Positions 31,345-42,327 of a stretch of 64,000 nt of DNA are shown here, piece by piece (the stretch's first letter is position 1; each line of letters starts with the position of its first letter). A program made the translations under genes and the position numbers. The stretch comes from a bacterium (GTDB taxonomy: Bacteria; Zhuqueibacterota; Zhuqueibacteria; Residuimicrobiales; Krinioviventaceae), in NCBI GenBank assembly GCA_963674595.2, contig CAXXFV010000023.1, forward strand, positions 448,001 through 512,000. The letters run 5' to 3'. The notes under the pieces were generated by a model. It ran no database searches, was not told the DNA's origin, and worked only from the letters and a program-made list of their open reading frames with translations.

Positions 31345-33156
31345 TTAAATTTTCCAGGTTACCTGGCACTGAAAACGTCTTCCCGGGGCAGGAAAAAGTC
31401 TGTATTGGTAATATAGTTTGTCAAATACATTGTTTATATCAAAGGAAAAATCAAATTTGAGTGTTTGCCACATGATTCGGGTATCTGTCAACATTTGGTC
31501 CTGAAATGAAATGCGGTCTTGATATCGATAATGAATGGTTTGTGTCAACTTGTTGTTCCAGTAATTCAGCTTAATTCCGGCAGTAAATTGATGTTTAAAA
31601 TGTGAAATGGTATAGGAGGATATGGAATCCATGTTTTCTTTATTGGTTGTCAGATACGTATACCCAAAGGAAATTCTGTCAAGTATGGAGAGGTTTGAAA
31701 ATTTTTTCTGGAAATCGGTTTCAAAACCTTTTGTGTTCAAATTTATAATATTTTCAGCAAGCCATTTTTGTTCCTGCTCCATCCACAGCCAGTCAATTAT
31801 ATCCGATCCTTTTCGAATAAAACAGGCGGCATTGACTAAATATGAATGGCGTTGTAATAAATAACCCCATTCATAGTTCCAGCCTTGTTCTGCTTTAAGG
31901 TTCGGATTGCTTTGGTGTCCCGGATCGGAATAGTACAGTTCCGTATAGGTGGGGATACGAAATGCTTTTCCAACCGTGAAATAGAATTTGTTTGAGGGAT
32001 TTACATAATAACTGACATCAAGTCCGGGCCAGCCCTGCCAGCCCCAATGCGTGTTGTGAAAAATCGATGCACCGGTTGATATATGAAGATCAGGCCTGGC
32101 GTGATATAAATGCTCAAAGAAAAATCCGTATCGTGTTCGCGAGTGCTCGCCAAGGTTGGTGCTTGTTATTTCATCTGTACTTATTTCCTGTCCCAGGGAT
32201 GTTGTACCGAATATGGATGACCAGGAGTAATTCATATCAAAACTGTACAAACGGGTTGTATGAAAATTTTCATACCATTCCGGGTGTTCACGGTTCCAAA
32301 TATAGTGGTCCTTGTGCCGGCGAAAAGCCAGGTTCATTTTTAAGGTCTTTTTGTTTTTATGAAATGTTAATCCAAGGGATGAATAAAAGGTCTTGGTATG
32401 TTCCCATTGACGTGTTGATGTTGAACTGTAAAAACTGTTGGCTCCGAATTTTTTGTCCGTATAACCGGCTGTTAGTTCAAGTTCGGATGATCCGGTTTTC
32501 AGACCGGACAGGTAAGAAACATTGGAAAAATCATAATCCGTATTCGGACGGTAGCCGTCTGAAGCGGCACGCAAGACTGAAACATGGTGATTAGTTTTTC
32601 CGATATTTTGCAATAGCTGAAAACTGTGACGTGATGTGTTATAAGAACCCAAACTGCTGCTCAGAGATATGGATTTTGCCGGTGTTTTGGACGTTATAAT
32701 ATTTATAACACCACCATAAGCATTGGGACCATACAATCTGGCGCCCTGGCCTTTAAGAATTTCAATTTTTTCAATGCTTTCAAGACTGACAGGAAGGTTT
32801 AAATTGTGATGCCCTGTTTGCGGATCGATGATTTTGACGCCGTCCAGTAAAACCAGGGTCTGTTCATAACCGGCGCCACGAATGCTGACGTCGGCTTGTA
32901 TGCCGTCAACACCCTGTTGTTTAATGTCGACACCGGAGATATATTCCAGTAATTCTGAAATTGATTTTGCGGGAGCTGCTTTTATATCATTTTTATCCAG
33001 TGTGACGATGGCCCGTCCGATATATGGAAATGCAGTCGGCACCCTGTTGGCTATTACGGTAACCGGCTGCTTTATCTCATATTGTTTTATTTCATGTTCG
33101 TTTGCCGACAAATTACCAAATAATATTAAAGAAAATATAAAAATGCGTTTATACAA
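31345..33156 (-). CDS. TonB-dependent receptor (BtuB-like plug and barrel)
   Basis: VTVIANR, SIRG....TLVLLDGV, IEKIEILKG...LYG.NAYGGVINIIT, FRIPT, NPNLKAE, NNVFD, PGR. Confidence 0.9.
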   Translation of the reverse strand: MYKRIFIFSLILFGNLSANEHEIKQYEIKQPVTVIANRVPTAFPYIGRAIVTLDKNDIKAAPAKSISELLEYISGVDIKQQGVDGIQADVSIRGAGYEQTLVLLDGVKIIDPQTGHHNLNLPVSLESIEKIEILKGQGARLYGPNAYGGVINIITSKTPAKSISLSSSLGSYNTSRHSFQLLQNIGKTNHHVSVLRAASDGYRPNTDYDFSNVSYLSGLKTGSSELELTAGYTDKKFGANSFYSSTSTRQWEHTKTFYSSLGLTFHKNKKTLKMNLAFRRHKDHYIWNREHPEWYENFHTTRLYSFDMNYSWSSIFGTTSLGQEISTDEITSTNLGEHSRTRYGFFFEHLYHARPDLHISTGASIFHNTHWGWQGWPGLDVSYYVNPSNKFYFTVGKAFRIPTYTELYYSDPGHQSNPNLKAEQGWNYEWGYLLQRHSYLVNAACFIRKGSDIIDWLWMEQEQKWLAENIINLNTKGFETDFQKKFSNLSILDRISFGYTYLTTNKENMDSISSYTISHFKHQFTAGIKLNYWNNKLTQTIHYRYQDRISFQDQMLTDTRIMWQTLKFDFSFDINNVFDKLYYQYRLFPAPGRRFQCQVTWKI

Positions 33157-33195
33157 ATATTACTCTCCAATAATTGTTTTTGGGCTTTGTAGAAT

Positions 33196-34092
33196 TTAAG
33201 CGTTATTCAGGCTGCCCGTTGCAGGCTCAGATTTTGCAGGTTTCGGGGATTTTGATGTTGCTGCCAGGATGATGGATAAAATAATAAAAATTGCCCCAAA
33301 TAGTAAAGTAAAATTTATCTCTATAGATTGCAGGGATGATTCTGCCCAGTCTTTAAGGATGATGAATCCCGTACTGCCAAGTGTTGTACATAACAACAAG
33401 CGTTTTATGTTTACAGCCGGATGGAACAACAGCAGAATTATAGAATAAAGTATAATCATATATCGTATGCCGGGAAAAATAGCCAAACTCAGCGCGGCTG
33501 AATTCAGCAAAAGTTTCCAGGACGGCATTTGTATGACCATTTTACCTTTTTCAAAATCAATGTTGGCTTTTTCTCCATAGTCCATTAAGGACAAGCTGTC
33601 CATTTGTACCCAAACATGCCTGAAATTGGCGACAAGGCGGGCGTCTTTATATCCTCGTGAGTGTAAAATGCTGATCAGAAGAATCGCTTGTCCGTCACAG
33701 TCTTCCGTATGTTTTTGCCAAACTTCCGAGGCCGTGGGCCAATATTCTACATTTTTCCAGATATTCCAGTCATAATTGTATTTTATCTCTTTTAAAACAA
33801 AACGGGTGATAATATCCAGTTCTGATCTGTCCTTTGTGTCGGTTTGAATCAGAGAGTCGATTTTGCTGTTGATATTCGCCATATAGGGCGAATCAGGTTG
33901 AATGAGGGCGTTTGTATCATTATAGTGTTGAATTTGCTTAATAAGTCGCACGGGATTCGGAAACAGAACACCGACGATAATTAGTATCAGTAACACCAGC
34001 TTGACGAACAAACGCCATCTGCGTTTTTTGTCCGCACCTAAATTCCAAAATGTTAAAAATTTTTTATGGAATATACGAAAAAAACTTTTCAT
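33196..34092 (-). CDS. Membrane protein with transglutaminase-like domain
   Basis: Y.YDW..W..VEYWPT, EDCDGQA and HVWV (Cys-His motif), with flanking TM helices. ATG 34092 avoids overlap with the upstream gene. Confidence 0.65.
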   Translation of the reverse strand: MKSFFRIFHKKFLTFWNLGADKKRRWRLFVKLVLLILIIVGVLFPNPVRLIKQIQHYNDTNALIQPDSPYMANINSKIDSLIQTDTKDRSELDIITRFVLKEIKYNYDWNIWKNVEYWPTASEVWQKHTEDCDGQAILLISILHSRGYKDARLVANFRHVWVQMDSLSLMDYGEKANIDFEKGKMVIQMPSWKLLLNSAALSLAIFPGIRYMIILYSIILLLFHPAVNIKRLLLCTTLGSTGFIILKDWAESSLQSIEINFTLLFGAIFIILSIILAATSKSPKPAKSEPATGSLNNA

Positions 34093-34093
34093 T

Positions 34094-35209
34094 TTATTTT
34101 TGTCCGGACATATAATTTTCTGCAATATATCGGATCTCTTCAAGACGATTTATAATGGGCAGCTTTTGGGTGCAAATATCTTCACATTGACCGCAGGCAA
34201 TACATTTGCTGATAACATCATTATCCGCTCCAATGCCCCAGTGCCATTTTAAACGGTTCAACAATGCAGTATCCGTGCCTTCAAGCATATAATGATTATA
34301 GGCGTCCATCATTTTGGGGATCGGTATTTCTTCCGGACAGTTATCACAATACTGACAACCGGTACAAAGTTCGTCAAAAGTATCTTTAAGATTGTTGCGA
34401 ATGGAATCAATTTGTTCCTGTTCTAATGGTTTAAAATTTTCAACAGCATGTATTGTTTCCTGTAAATCTTTTTGATTGGCAAAACCCACCAAAGAAACCG
34501 TAATTCTTGGATCGTTTAATAAAAATCCGAGTGCTGCGTCGACGACCGTTTCCTCCGCTCTTGTTCGTAAAAAGTCAAAACGATCCGGATGTTTGGGGAT
34601 AATTCCTCCGCCTAAGGGATTCATAACAACAACGGCGCGGTTTAAAGAGGCGGCGGCATCCAGGGCTGCGTCCCGATAGGAAAAATTCATGGCCGAATAA
34701 CCGAGTAAAACACCTTCAAAAGGATAATCATTTAAAACATCACCAATATCGGTACCGGTCATGTGGGATGAAATACAAATGTGCCGGATTAATCCTTCAC
34801 TTTTTAATTGTTCAAACGCTTCAATAACGCCCTGTTGTTTGCGTTTTTCATAAGCGTCTTTTGTAAGAACACACCAGACATGATAAAAATCGATATATTC
34901 CAGGTTCATTCGTTTCAACGATGTTTCCAGCTCTTTACGGACTTGGTCCGGTTCAGCCATAAAAGTTTTTGTGGATACAAAAAAAGGTTTTTGTTCGCGA
35001 ATTTTATTCATTTCTTTAAATGCAACGCCGAACAGATCTTCCGAATCCTGATATCCGGGGGCCGTGTCAAAATATGTAATGCCGTTATTATGGGCTGCCT
35101 GTACCAGTTCCGCGCAGGCATCAATATTTTTTTGATCTTCAAAACGCATACCGCCAAATCCGATAGCGGATACCTTGTCGTCTGTTGTTCCGTATTTTCT
35201 ATATAACAT
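34094..35209 (-). CDS. Aldo/keto reductase with C-terminal 4Fe-4S dicluster
   Basis: IGFGGMR, YFDTAPGY, STK, MNPLGGG, CTGCQYC..CP and CIACGQCEDICTQ motifs. Confidence 0.9.
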   Translation of the reverse strand: MLYRKYGTTDDKVSAIGFGGMRFEDQKNIDACAELVQAAHNNGITYFDTAPGYQDSEDLFGVAFKEMNKIREQKPFFVSTKTFMAEPDQVRKELETSLKRMNLEYIDFYHVWCVLTKDAYEKRKQQGVIEAFEQLKSEGLIRHICISSHMTGTDIGDVLNDYPFEGVLLGYSAMNFSYRDAALDAAASLNRAVVVMNPLGGGIIPKHPDRFDFLRTRAEETVVDAALGFLLNDPRITVSLVGFANQKDLQETIHAVENFKPLEQEQIDSIRNNLKDTFDELCTGCQYCDNCPEEIPIPKMMDAYNHYMLEGTDTALLNRLKWHWGIGADNDVISKCIACGQCEDICTQKLPIINRLEEIRYIAENYMSGQK

Positions 35210-35356
35210 GGACCTCTCTTTTTTAAGTAAATAATCTTTTCATTATAAGCGATCCTCAGCACATTTTCAACAGTTTTATTTCAATGTTTCAGTGATCGCA
35301 GGAAAATGTTTTTATGTTTTGGGTTTAATTAATGGTGGTTTGATGGTATGGTTAAA

Positions 35357-35389
35357 AACAGCCGTCCAATATGAATATGGACGGCTGTT
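35357..35389. terminator. Intrinsic terminator downstream of the phosphoesterase gene (minus strand)
   Basis: AACAGCCGTCCA-N9-TGGACGGCTGTT with an A-run on the left, which is a T-run on the minus strand. Confidence 0.75.
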
Positions 35390-35394
35390 GAATT

Positions 35395-37986
35395 TTAATC
35401 TGCTTTTTCAGGATATGGTGTGTTGTAACCTTTGACGGCATGCCAGATGATACGGTTAAAAGTATCTTCATTAATGCGGTCCAGATCAGAGAGGTCTTCT
35501 TGCAGAGATTTTTGGGCCCAATAGAGCGCTTTCCCACGTAAGCTTTGCAGCGGCGGGTTCAGTTCATTCAATGGAATAATGTTCGGCAATGCCGTATAGG
35601 GCGTGAAATCCGGTGTGTTTGTAAAACATTCAGTCATGGGATTCGCTGCCCAATCAAACTGGTTCATTGGCGGTAATCCCAAAATGTTTTCCATGGTACG
35701 CACCATGGAAATTTGTGTATAATAAGTCGAAATAACCTGGCCCCTTTTGGTATAGGGACTGATCACCATTCCGACTGTCCGATGACCATCAACATGGTCC
35801 AGTCCGTTTTGCGGATCATCTTCTGTTACAAAGATACAGGTCTCCGGCCAGAATTTGCTATTTGAGACAGCCTGTACAATTTGTCCCAAAGCCAGGTCGT
35901 TATCGGCAACCGCTGCTTCGGGCGTTGGTCGTCCGGGTCTTGTGCCGGATGTGTGGTCATTTGGCAGCAGCATGATTATAAAATTCGGCAGATTGTTCTT
36001 TTTTTCAAATTGATCCAGTTCTTTTATAAATTCACGAGCGCGGTAAACATCCGGAATAGAGTTTGGAAAGCCGGTATACGTTTCACATAAATAAGGTGTT
36101 AATGTTTCCAAATTTGCTTTGGCCCTGATTTTAACTTTGGATGTGTTGTTCAAATAATCATCATATATATCAGAAAAAGTGGCTGTATTCGGGGTGATTT
36201 CAGCCTGGACAAATTCGCCATAATCCCGAAACGTTAAACCATGTTTGAGGACATTGTCCCAGATGAATCCGGAAGCGGCATAGGCGAGGGCATCGTCACC
36301 GTCGTAAGGATAACTCCGGACCCAGTCCCCAAAGGATTTTTCCAGATAGTCGGTCACAAAGGCCTCGTCGGTCCACTGGTGACCGTCTGCACTGAGAATA
36401 CCGCTGCAATAAAAATTGTCAAGCAGGACAAAGGTCTCGGCCAGTTTATGGTGATTGGGTGTTACATCCCTACCGAATATAACTAATTCCGGCTCTCCAT
36501 TTCCCTGGGGCATGTCTCCGAAAATTTGATCATAGGTCTTGTTTTCTTTGATAATATAAATAACGTGTTTGAAAAAAGACGTTTCTCCGGGATTGGTTGG
36601 TAACGCAACTTTTTTCTCTGTCCCATTTGTTTGGACAGCAGGTGCTTTCGTGTACTGATTGTTTTCCAATGTGAGCTGGGTCAGTGTTTTTAATTGCTGT
36701 TCCGTCGGGACAGGAATGATGGATATTGAACCGAGATGGTCGTGAGAATTGTAACCGGCACGTTCTGTTTTCTGGTTTCGTGATCCCATGCCTTTAATAT
36801 TGGCGATAAATAAAAATTTGTTTTCCCGGTCCAAAATAACCGATCCGGGATACCATCCTGTCGGGATAAATCCCTGAATTGTTGTCTTTTTCGCTTCTCC
36901 ACCGGATTCTTTTCCCAGTTGAATAACACATATCGCATTGTCCGTACCGTTTGCTGCGTATAATGTTTGACCGTCATTGGAGATTGTAACAGCATTCGGT
37001 GAACTGCCGAATAACAGATGCGGATACATACGTGTGCTGATGGTTTCAACAACCTGTTCGCTCAGCGTATCAATGACATAAATGGTATCGCTGTTTGCAC
37101 AGGCGACAAATAGTTTTTGATTATCCGGACTCAACACCATTCCCGATGGATGTAGCCCAACATTGATGGATTTTGTTCTAGTGCGTTTTTTAATATCAAC
37201 AATTGAGATGGAACCGGTATTGGCAATGCCTGTTTTGGGATCAACCAGCACCTGCGATCCTGAACTGTTGGCTGTTTTTTCGTTTTTTTGAGGAACACGA
37301 CCGCCCCAATTGGCGACATAGGCTTTGTTGTTTTCTCCCAAAATAACATTATAGGGGGCCATGCCTACAGGAATTGTGCGAACCCGTCCGCCCGGAACAT
37401 CAATGATTGCCAGCAGATTGTATCGGCTTAATGTAACGTATAACTGCTTTTCATCCGGTGATAAAGTCAGGCCCGTCGGCGCCGGATCACCGCTTATTAT
37501 TTCGCCGGTGTCTGTTCTGTTTTTAACGACGACATTTTCATCAAATTTTGGCACCAGAAAAGATTCGTTCCAGTGCATAATGTTTGATCCGTCAAGTTCG
37601 GCTACACGGACTCTGTCTTCGGCTTCTGTGGCATAAATTTTATGACCGTCGGCGGACCAGCATATTCCTGTAACTGCCGCACCGCTTTTTGGAAAAGCCA
37701 GAGACTGCATGATAACACGGTCAGATATCCGAATCAGATCAATGGAGCGCCAGTTTTTAAGCGCCAACAGTTTTCCGTTCGGGCTTAGCGCCAGGTCCAC
37801 CGGACGGCCCGGCAGTGTGATTTGAAATCCGGCCGGTCGCAGGCGCTGATGTGTCGGTACGACCATGCTGCCGTCGGATTGGGGACCGACTTTTTCTGTT
37901 GTGATCTGTTGGGCAAAACACACAGGTATAATGATAAATATCCATAACATTAGAAAATAAACAGGGGACAATAATTTCTTAAACAT
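35395..37986 (-). CDS. Secreted YncE/YVTN beta-propeller plus phosphoesterase (alkaline phosphatase superfamily) protein
   Basis: Signal peptide, YVTN-like repeats (IPVGMAP, VGLHP, IPTGWYP), then YIIKENKTYD, DNFY..G..SADGH, PNDHT and EDDPQNG.DHVD. Confidence 0.85.
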   Translation of the reverse strand: MFKKLLSPVYFLMLWIFIIIPVCFAQQITTEKVGPQSDGSMVVPTHQRLRPAGFQITLPGRPVDLALSPNGKLLALKNWRSIDLIRISDRVIMQSLAFPKSGAAVTGICWSADGHKIYATEAEDRVRVAELDGSNIMHWNESFLVPKFDENVVVKNRTDTGEIISGDPAPTGLTLSPDEKQLYVTLSRYNLLAIIDVPGGRVRTIPVGMAPYNVILGENNKAYVANWGGRVPQKNEKTANSSGSQVLVDPKTGIANTGSISIVDIKKRTRTKSINVGLHPSGMVLSPDNQKLFVACANSDTIYVIDTLSEQVVETISTRMYPHLLFGSSPNAVTISNDGQTLYAANGTDNAICVIQLGKESGGEAKKTTIQGFIPTGWYPGSVILDRENKFLFIANIKGMGSRNQKTERAGYNSHDHLGSISIIPVPTEQQLKTLTQLTLENNQYTKAPAVQTNGTEKKVALPTNPGETSFFKHVIYIIKENKTYDQIFGDMPQGNGEPELVIFGRDVTPNHHKLAETFVLLDNFYCSGILSADGHQWTDEAFVTDYLEKSFGDWVRSYPYDGDDALAYAASGFIWDNVLKHGLTFRDYGEFVQAEITPNTATFSDIYDDYLNNTSKVKIRAKANLETLTPYLCETYTGFPNSIPDVYRAREFIKELDQFEKKNNLPNFIIMLLPNDHTSGTRPGRPTPEAAVADNDLALGQIVQAVSNSKFWPETCIFVTEDDPQNGLDHVDGHRTVGMVISPYTKRGQVISTYYTQISMVRTMENILGLPPMNQFDWAANPMTECFTNTPDFTPYTALPNIIPLNELNPPLQSLRGKALYWAQKSLQEDLSDLDRINEDTFNRIIWHAVKGYNTPYPEKAD

Positions 37987-38496
37987 TTGCTTTGTCCTTT
38001 CAAAAAATGGAAAATGCTGATTTGGTAATGTGGAAAGAAGGAATTTTATTTATTATTTCTTTTACATTGATTTTGGTATTTCAAGAGTATTGGGCTGTCT
38101 CTAACTAAATTCTGTTATACTAGAACCTTTATTAAATTACACAAAAATGTTATGACTAATATCTGGTTATATACAAACACTGACTGAGCTAATAATATTT
38201 TATGAATCTGGTTTATTAAAAGATAAGTGCCCGGTTTATCTGAATCAAGAAAAAATTGGGATTAATGTAATTGTTGGCAGAATCCCTGTTTTTTTGAAAG
38301 CCGTGCTTTTCCTTCGGCCAATTGGAGGGGGTATGGAGTTTTAGAGTGAATGACCCGGGGAAAATATTACTTTTTGTGATCTGGGGATAAAATTTTTATT
38401 TCGGTTACCTGTTATTTGGCCAAAATAAAAAGAAATCCCTTGATTTTCAACCGACAGTAAAGTATGTTTTATATTGGAATAATGAATGAGGTTTTT

Positions 38497-39636
38497 ATGA
38501 ATAAATTATCTCCGGACGAACTGTCGGAACTTTTACAATCTGTTTTCCCCAGGTTACCCCAAGACCAGCGGTTTGCTGTTTTGGTTGATTTCCCGGATGA
38601 GCAGGTAATTGACCAGCCTAAATGGAAGGAACGCCGGGACATGGCCTGGTACTGGGTGCAGCAGCTAAAAAGTCTGTCTGAAACAGGATTTGAGAATATT
38701 GATTTTATCGGTTATGAAAATGTAAAATCAAACAATGCCGATTTACCGGAACATGCTTTTATCCCTTCACAGAACTTGCCGGGTGATTTTGCGGAATTGT
38801 CAAACGGTGAAAAGGTGTCCTTTGAACAGGTTTTTCAACACTATCAGGTTTTTCTGGCGCCGACACAGTTTTCCGCAACAGCGCCGTTAAAAGTGGCGGC
38901 CAAAAAGTATGGATTTCGTGCCGCAACCATGCCCGGTTTTTCGGCAGCCATGATACCGGCATTGAGAATTGATTACGGTCTGGTCAATGAACGGGTTACC
39001 CTTGTTCAGCAAAAACTGGATGCCGCCGAATCGGTCAAGGTGCGGTTTTCTGTTGATGACAATACTGTCTATGATATGAATTTTGATGTTCGTTTTCGTT
39101 CTGCTCACGCCAGCGGCGGACGTTTTCCCAATGCGGGTACGGCCGGTAATCTTCCCAGTGGTGAGGCCTATATCGTTCCCTATGAAGGTGAAAACGAAAA
39201 GAGTCTCACCAGTGGATTGCTGCCGGTGCAGTTTAATGAAGAGATTGTCCTGTTTGAAATTTTGGAAAACAGGGCTGTCAAGGTCGTCAGTAAAGGTGAA
39301 GAAAGTACAAAACAGCAGGAATGGCTTGAGCGCGAACCCGCCTACGGCAATATGGCGGAACTTGGTTTTGGTATTTTAGGTGATTTTGGATTAAAACCGA
39401 TCAATGAAGTTTTGCTGGATGAAAAACTGGGTTTTCATATCGCTTTTGGGCGCAGTGAACATTTTGGCGGCATTGTCGGACCGCCGCAATTCTCCGGTCC
39501 CGACCAGGTTGTGCATATAGATCGTATCTATATTCCTGAAACACAACCACGCATTAAGATAAAAACAATAGAGTTATATTATCCTGACGGAAATGTTGAA
39601 GAAATTATGAGAGACAGCCGATATCTGCTGTTTTAA
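38497..39636 (+). CDS. Thermophilic metalloprotease (M29, aminopeptidase T-like) family
   Basis: ATMPG, GNLPSGEAY, AELGFG, LLDEK and HIAFGRSEHFGG...HID motifs. ATG 38497 follows GAGG. Confidence 0.75.
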   Translation: MNKLSPDELSELLQSVFPRLPQDQRFAVLVDFPDEQVIDQPKWKERRDMAWYWVQQLKSLSETGFENIDFIGYENVKSNNADLPEHAFIPSQNLPGDFAELSNGEKVSFEQVFQHYQVFLAPTQFSATAPLKVAAKKYGFRAATMPGFSAAMIPALRIDYGLVNERVTLVQQKLDAAESVKVRFSVDDNTVYDMNFDVRFRSAHASGGRFPNAGTAGNLPSGEAYIVPYEGENEKSLTSGLLPVQFNEEIVLFEILENRAVKVVSKGEESTKQQEWLEREPAYGNMAELGFGILGDFGLKPINEVLLDEKLGFHIAFGRSEHFGGIVGPPQFSGPDQVVHIDRIYIPETQPRIKIKTIELYYPDGNVEEIMRDSRYLLF

Positions 39637-39653
39637 TGTGAAAGGACCTTATT

Positions 39654-39872
39654 TTGAAAGATGAACACAACGCCGGTGTATCCACCTCTAAAATACTTTT
39701 TTGTGATTTAAAGTGTGAATATGCATCCTTCCCGGAAGAGAACGATGTAGACGGAGCGCGAAGCTGCCGGACGTTTGCTGCCCTGTATTGTAAAAAGCTT
39801 GAAAAACTTGTTACAAAAAATGCACCCTGTGCGGCTGTATTTGGACAACGGCGTCCGAAAAGTAATATTTAA
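39654..39872 (+). CDS. Small Cys-rich hypothetical protein
   Basis: 72 aa, TTG start with AAGGA RBS. Five Cys: CDLKC...C...C...C. Confidence 0.6.
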   Translation: MKDEHNAGVSTSKILFCDLKCEYASFPEENDVDGARSCRTFAALYCKKLEKLVTKNAPCAAVFGQRRPKSNI

Positions 39873-40013
39873 TCTGTCTGGCTTGATTTAATCAAATCAT
39901 TAGAATAAATTATCTTTAAATAGTAAAAAATCAAACTTTTATTACATTTTTAAGAAAAAATTAGTATATTGCGTTTTCAAAAATGGACCATTTAAACAAT
40001 GGAAAGGAAAAAA

Positions 40014-41402
40014 ATGAAAACCAAAACTTTTGTTCTTTCGTTTTTAACACTGGTTTGCGCTGTTTCTTTTTGTTCTAAAGATAAAAGTGGATGGCAGGAT
40101 CTATTTAATGGACAAGATCTTAAAGGTTGGGAAAGGTTGAATGGTGAAGCCGAATTCCAGGTTAAAGATAGTGTTATTGTCGGTATTAGCAAGCTTAATA
40201 CACCTAATACTTTTTTGGCAACAAAAAAGAAATATGGCGATTTTATCCTTGAATATGAAGCATTGATGGATAATGCCTTAAATGCCGGTGTTCAGATTCG
40301 AAGTGAAAGTAATAAGGATTATGAGAACGGTCGTGTGCACGGTTACCAAGTCGAGTTGGACGCTTCTGCCCGTGCATGGTCCGGCGGTATTTATGACGAG
40401 GCCCGGCGGGGATGGCTTTATAACCTGGAAATGAATCCACAGGCAAAAACCGCCTATAAAAATGAACAGTGGAACAAATATCGGGTTGAAGCTATTGGTA
40501 ATAATATTTGCGTATGGCTTAACGGCGTTCAGACGGCTGATTTAATAGATGATATGACGCCCAAAGGTTTTATCGCATTACAGGTGCATGCAATCGGTGA
40601 CAATAAAGAAAAAGAAGGTAAAACCGTTCAGTACCGTAACATTCGGATTATGACCGAAAACCTGGAAAGCGCCCGGACCCCAAAATCCGGAATACCACAG
40701 GCCAGTTATTTACTGAACCAGTTATCAGAACAGGAAAAAGAGCAGGGATGGAAATTATTGTGGGACGGTGCCACAACCAATGGTTGGCGCGGCGCAAAGA
40801 TCGATCATTTTCCAAAATCCGGCTGGGAAATTAAAGACGGCGTATTGTCTGTATTGGGCAGCGACGGGTCCGAATCTGAAAATGGCGGCGATATTATTAC
40901 TGAAAAGACTTATAAAAATTTTGAATTGTCCGTTGATTTTAAATTTACAGAAGGTGCAAACAGTGGTATTAAATATTTTGTCGATCCTGAACTGAATAAA
41001 GGCAAAGGCTCTGCTATTGGATGCGAATTTCAGATTTTGGATGATGATGTTCATCCTGATGCAAAAATGGGTGTAGCCGGAAACAGGACCCTGGCCTCGT
41101 TGTATGATCTTATCCCGGCCAATGCTACTTTTTATTCCCCGAATGAACGCCCCAAACGTGTTAATAAATACAATTGGAACCGTGCGAAAATCATTGTTCA
41201 GGGCAGCCATGTAAGTCATTATCTAAACGGCATCAAGGTGGTGGAATACGAACGTGGTACGCAAATGTGGCGGGCCCTGGTGGCATACAGCAAATATAAA
41301 AATTGGCCGAACTTTGGCGAAGCCGAATCCGGTCATATTTTATTGCAGGACCACGGCGATCTGGTATTTTATCGAAATATAAAAATTAAAGAGCTGGATT
41401 AG
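40014..41402 (+). CDS. Tandem DUF1080 (3-keto-disaccharide hydrolase) domain protein
   Basis: Two copies of W..LFNG.DL.GW...NSG...YQ...WN...G.I.LQ.H, after a signal peptide. Confidence 0.9.
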   Translation: MKTKTFVLSFLTLVCAVSFCSKDKSGWQDLFNGQDLKGWERLNGEAEFQVKDSVIVGISKLNTPNTFLATKKKYGDFILEYEALMDNALNAGVQIRSESNKDYENGRVHGYQVELDASARAWSGGIYDEARRGWLYNLEMNPQAKTAYKNEQWNKYRVEAIGNNICVWLNGVQTADLIDDMTPKGFIALQVHAIGDNKEKEGKTVQYRNIRIMTENLESARTPKSGIPQASYLLNQLSEQEKEQGWKLLWDGATTNGWRGAKIDHFPKSGWEIKDGVLSVLGSDGSESENGGDIITEKTYKNFELSVDFKFTEGANSGIKYFVDPELNKGKGSAIGCEFQILDDDVHPDAKMGVAGNRTLASLYDLIPANATFYSPNERPKRVNKYNWNRAKIIVQGSHVSHYLNGIKVVEYERGTQMWRALVAYSKYKNWPNFGEAESGHILLQDHGDLVFYRNIKIKELD

Positions 41403-41428
41403 GTCTTTTAAATATATTTTTTTATCAT

Positions 41429-41454
41429 GGGCGAAAACTTTTTTCGCCCTTTTT
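41429..41454 (+). terminator. Intrinsic terminator
   Basis: GGGCGAAAA-ctt-TTTTCGCCC followed by TTTTT. Confidence 0.75.
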
Positions 41455-41680
41455 GTTTTATGATCCAATCTAAAAGTGTGGTTGACATATCTTGGGAGAA
41501 GAATGTGTGATCAAACTCTATATTCTAACGAATGTATTTATGAGTTGCGGTGTTTCAATATATTATTAACTGTTTTTGAAATTTAAACGAGTTGTTGACA
41601 ATCTGTTAAAGTGCCTTTTTATTAGGGAAAAAATATACTGAATGCCGGCAGGGCAAATGATTAAAAATGATCCGAAATAA

Positions 41681-42301
41681 TTGAGAATGATATTGTCTGA
41701 TAAGAATACTGATAACCAAAAAGACCTGATAATCCAGCTAAAAAACGGACACAAAGATAGTTTCAAGTTTTTGGTTGAATTATACCAGGATAAAGTATTA
41801 AACACCTGTTATCATTTTGTTCATGATAAAACGGATGCTGAAGATTTGTCACAGGAAGTATTTTTACAAGTCTATCGATCCATAGGCCGTTTCAGAGAAG
41901 ACGCGCAACTTTCCACATGGATATATCGGATTGCTGTAAACAAATCGCTGGACCATATTCGAAAGAAAAAACGTAAAAAACGATTTGCCTTTGTTACCAG
42001 TTTTTGGGGGACAACCGAAAATGAATATGAATTACAAATTCCCACGAATGAAAACCTGCACAGTGATTTGGAACAAAAAGAGATGATTCAAATTTTAAAT
42101 AACGCCATTAACAAGTTGCCGGAGAACCAGAAAACAGCTATTACCTTAAGCAAGTATGAAGGATTCAGTAATAAAGAGATTGCCGAGATATTGGATACTT
42201 CTGTTTCATCGGTAGAATCGTTGATTCATCGGGCAAAGAAAAATCTTAATCAGAAATTATATCATTTTTATGAAAAAAATACGCAAGTTTTTGCCGGATA
42301 G
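41681..42301 (+). CDS. ECF RNA polymerase sigma factor
   Basis: DAEDLSQEVF, LSTWIYRIAVN, LPENQK, EGFSNKEIAEIL...V.S.IHRAKK. Exact start uncertain. Confidence 0.93.
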   Translation: MRMILSDKNTDNQKDLIIQLKNGHKDSFKFLVELYQDKVLNTCYHFVHDKTDAEDLSQEVFLQVYRSIGRFREDAQLSTWIYRIAVNKSLDHIRKKKRKKRFAFVTSFWGTTENEYELQIPTNENLHSDLEQKEMIQILNNAINKLPENQKTAITLSKYEGFSNKEIAEILDTSVSSVESLIHRAKKNLNQKLYHFYEKNTQVFAG

Positions 42302-42308
42302 CACGTCT
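42283..42308 (+). promoter_or_regulatory. Putative ECF sigma promoter, copy 1 (GCAAG-N16-CGTCT), upstream of the anti-sigma gene
   Basis: GCAAG at 42283-87 and CGTCT at 42304-08. Same motif and spacing recur at 43290. Confidence 0.65.
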
Positions 42309-42327
42309 AAATAGAAAAAGGCTTAAA

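Noticed and set aside
32067-32594. Longer antisense or alternate-frame ORFs (e.g. 32067-32594, 40755-41219, 44596-45039)
   Set aside because: They are fully nested in well-supported genes and have no recognisable motifs.
33157-33195. Cobalamin riboswitch upstream of the BtuB-like receptor
   Set aside because: The gap is 39 nt and no B12-box was seen.
37987-38496. About 500-nt intergenic region: possible Pho box, ncRNA or pseudogene
   Set aside because: Only a weak GTCAT-like half-site on the minus strand. No convincing repeat, structure or reading frame.
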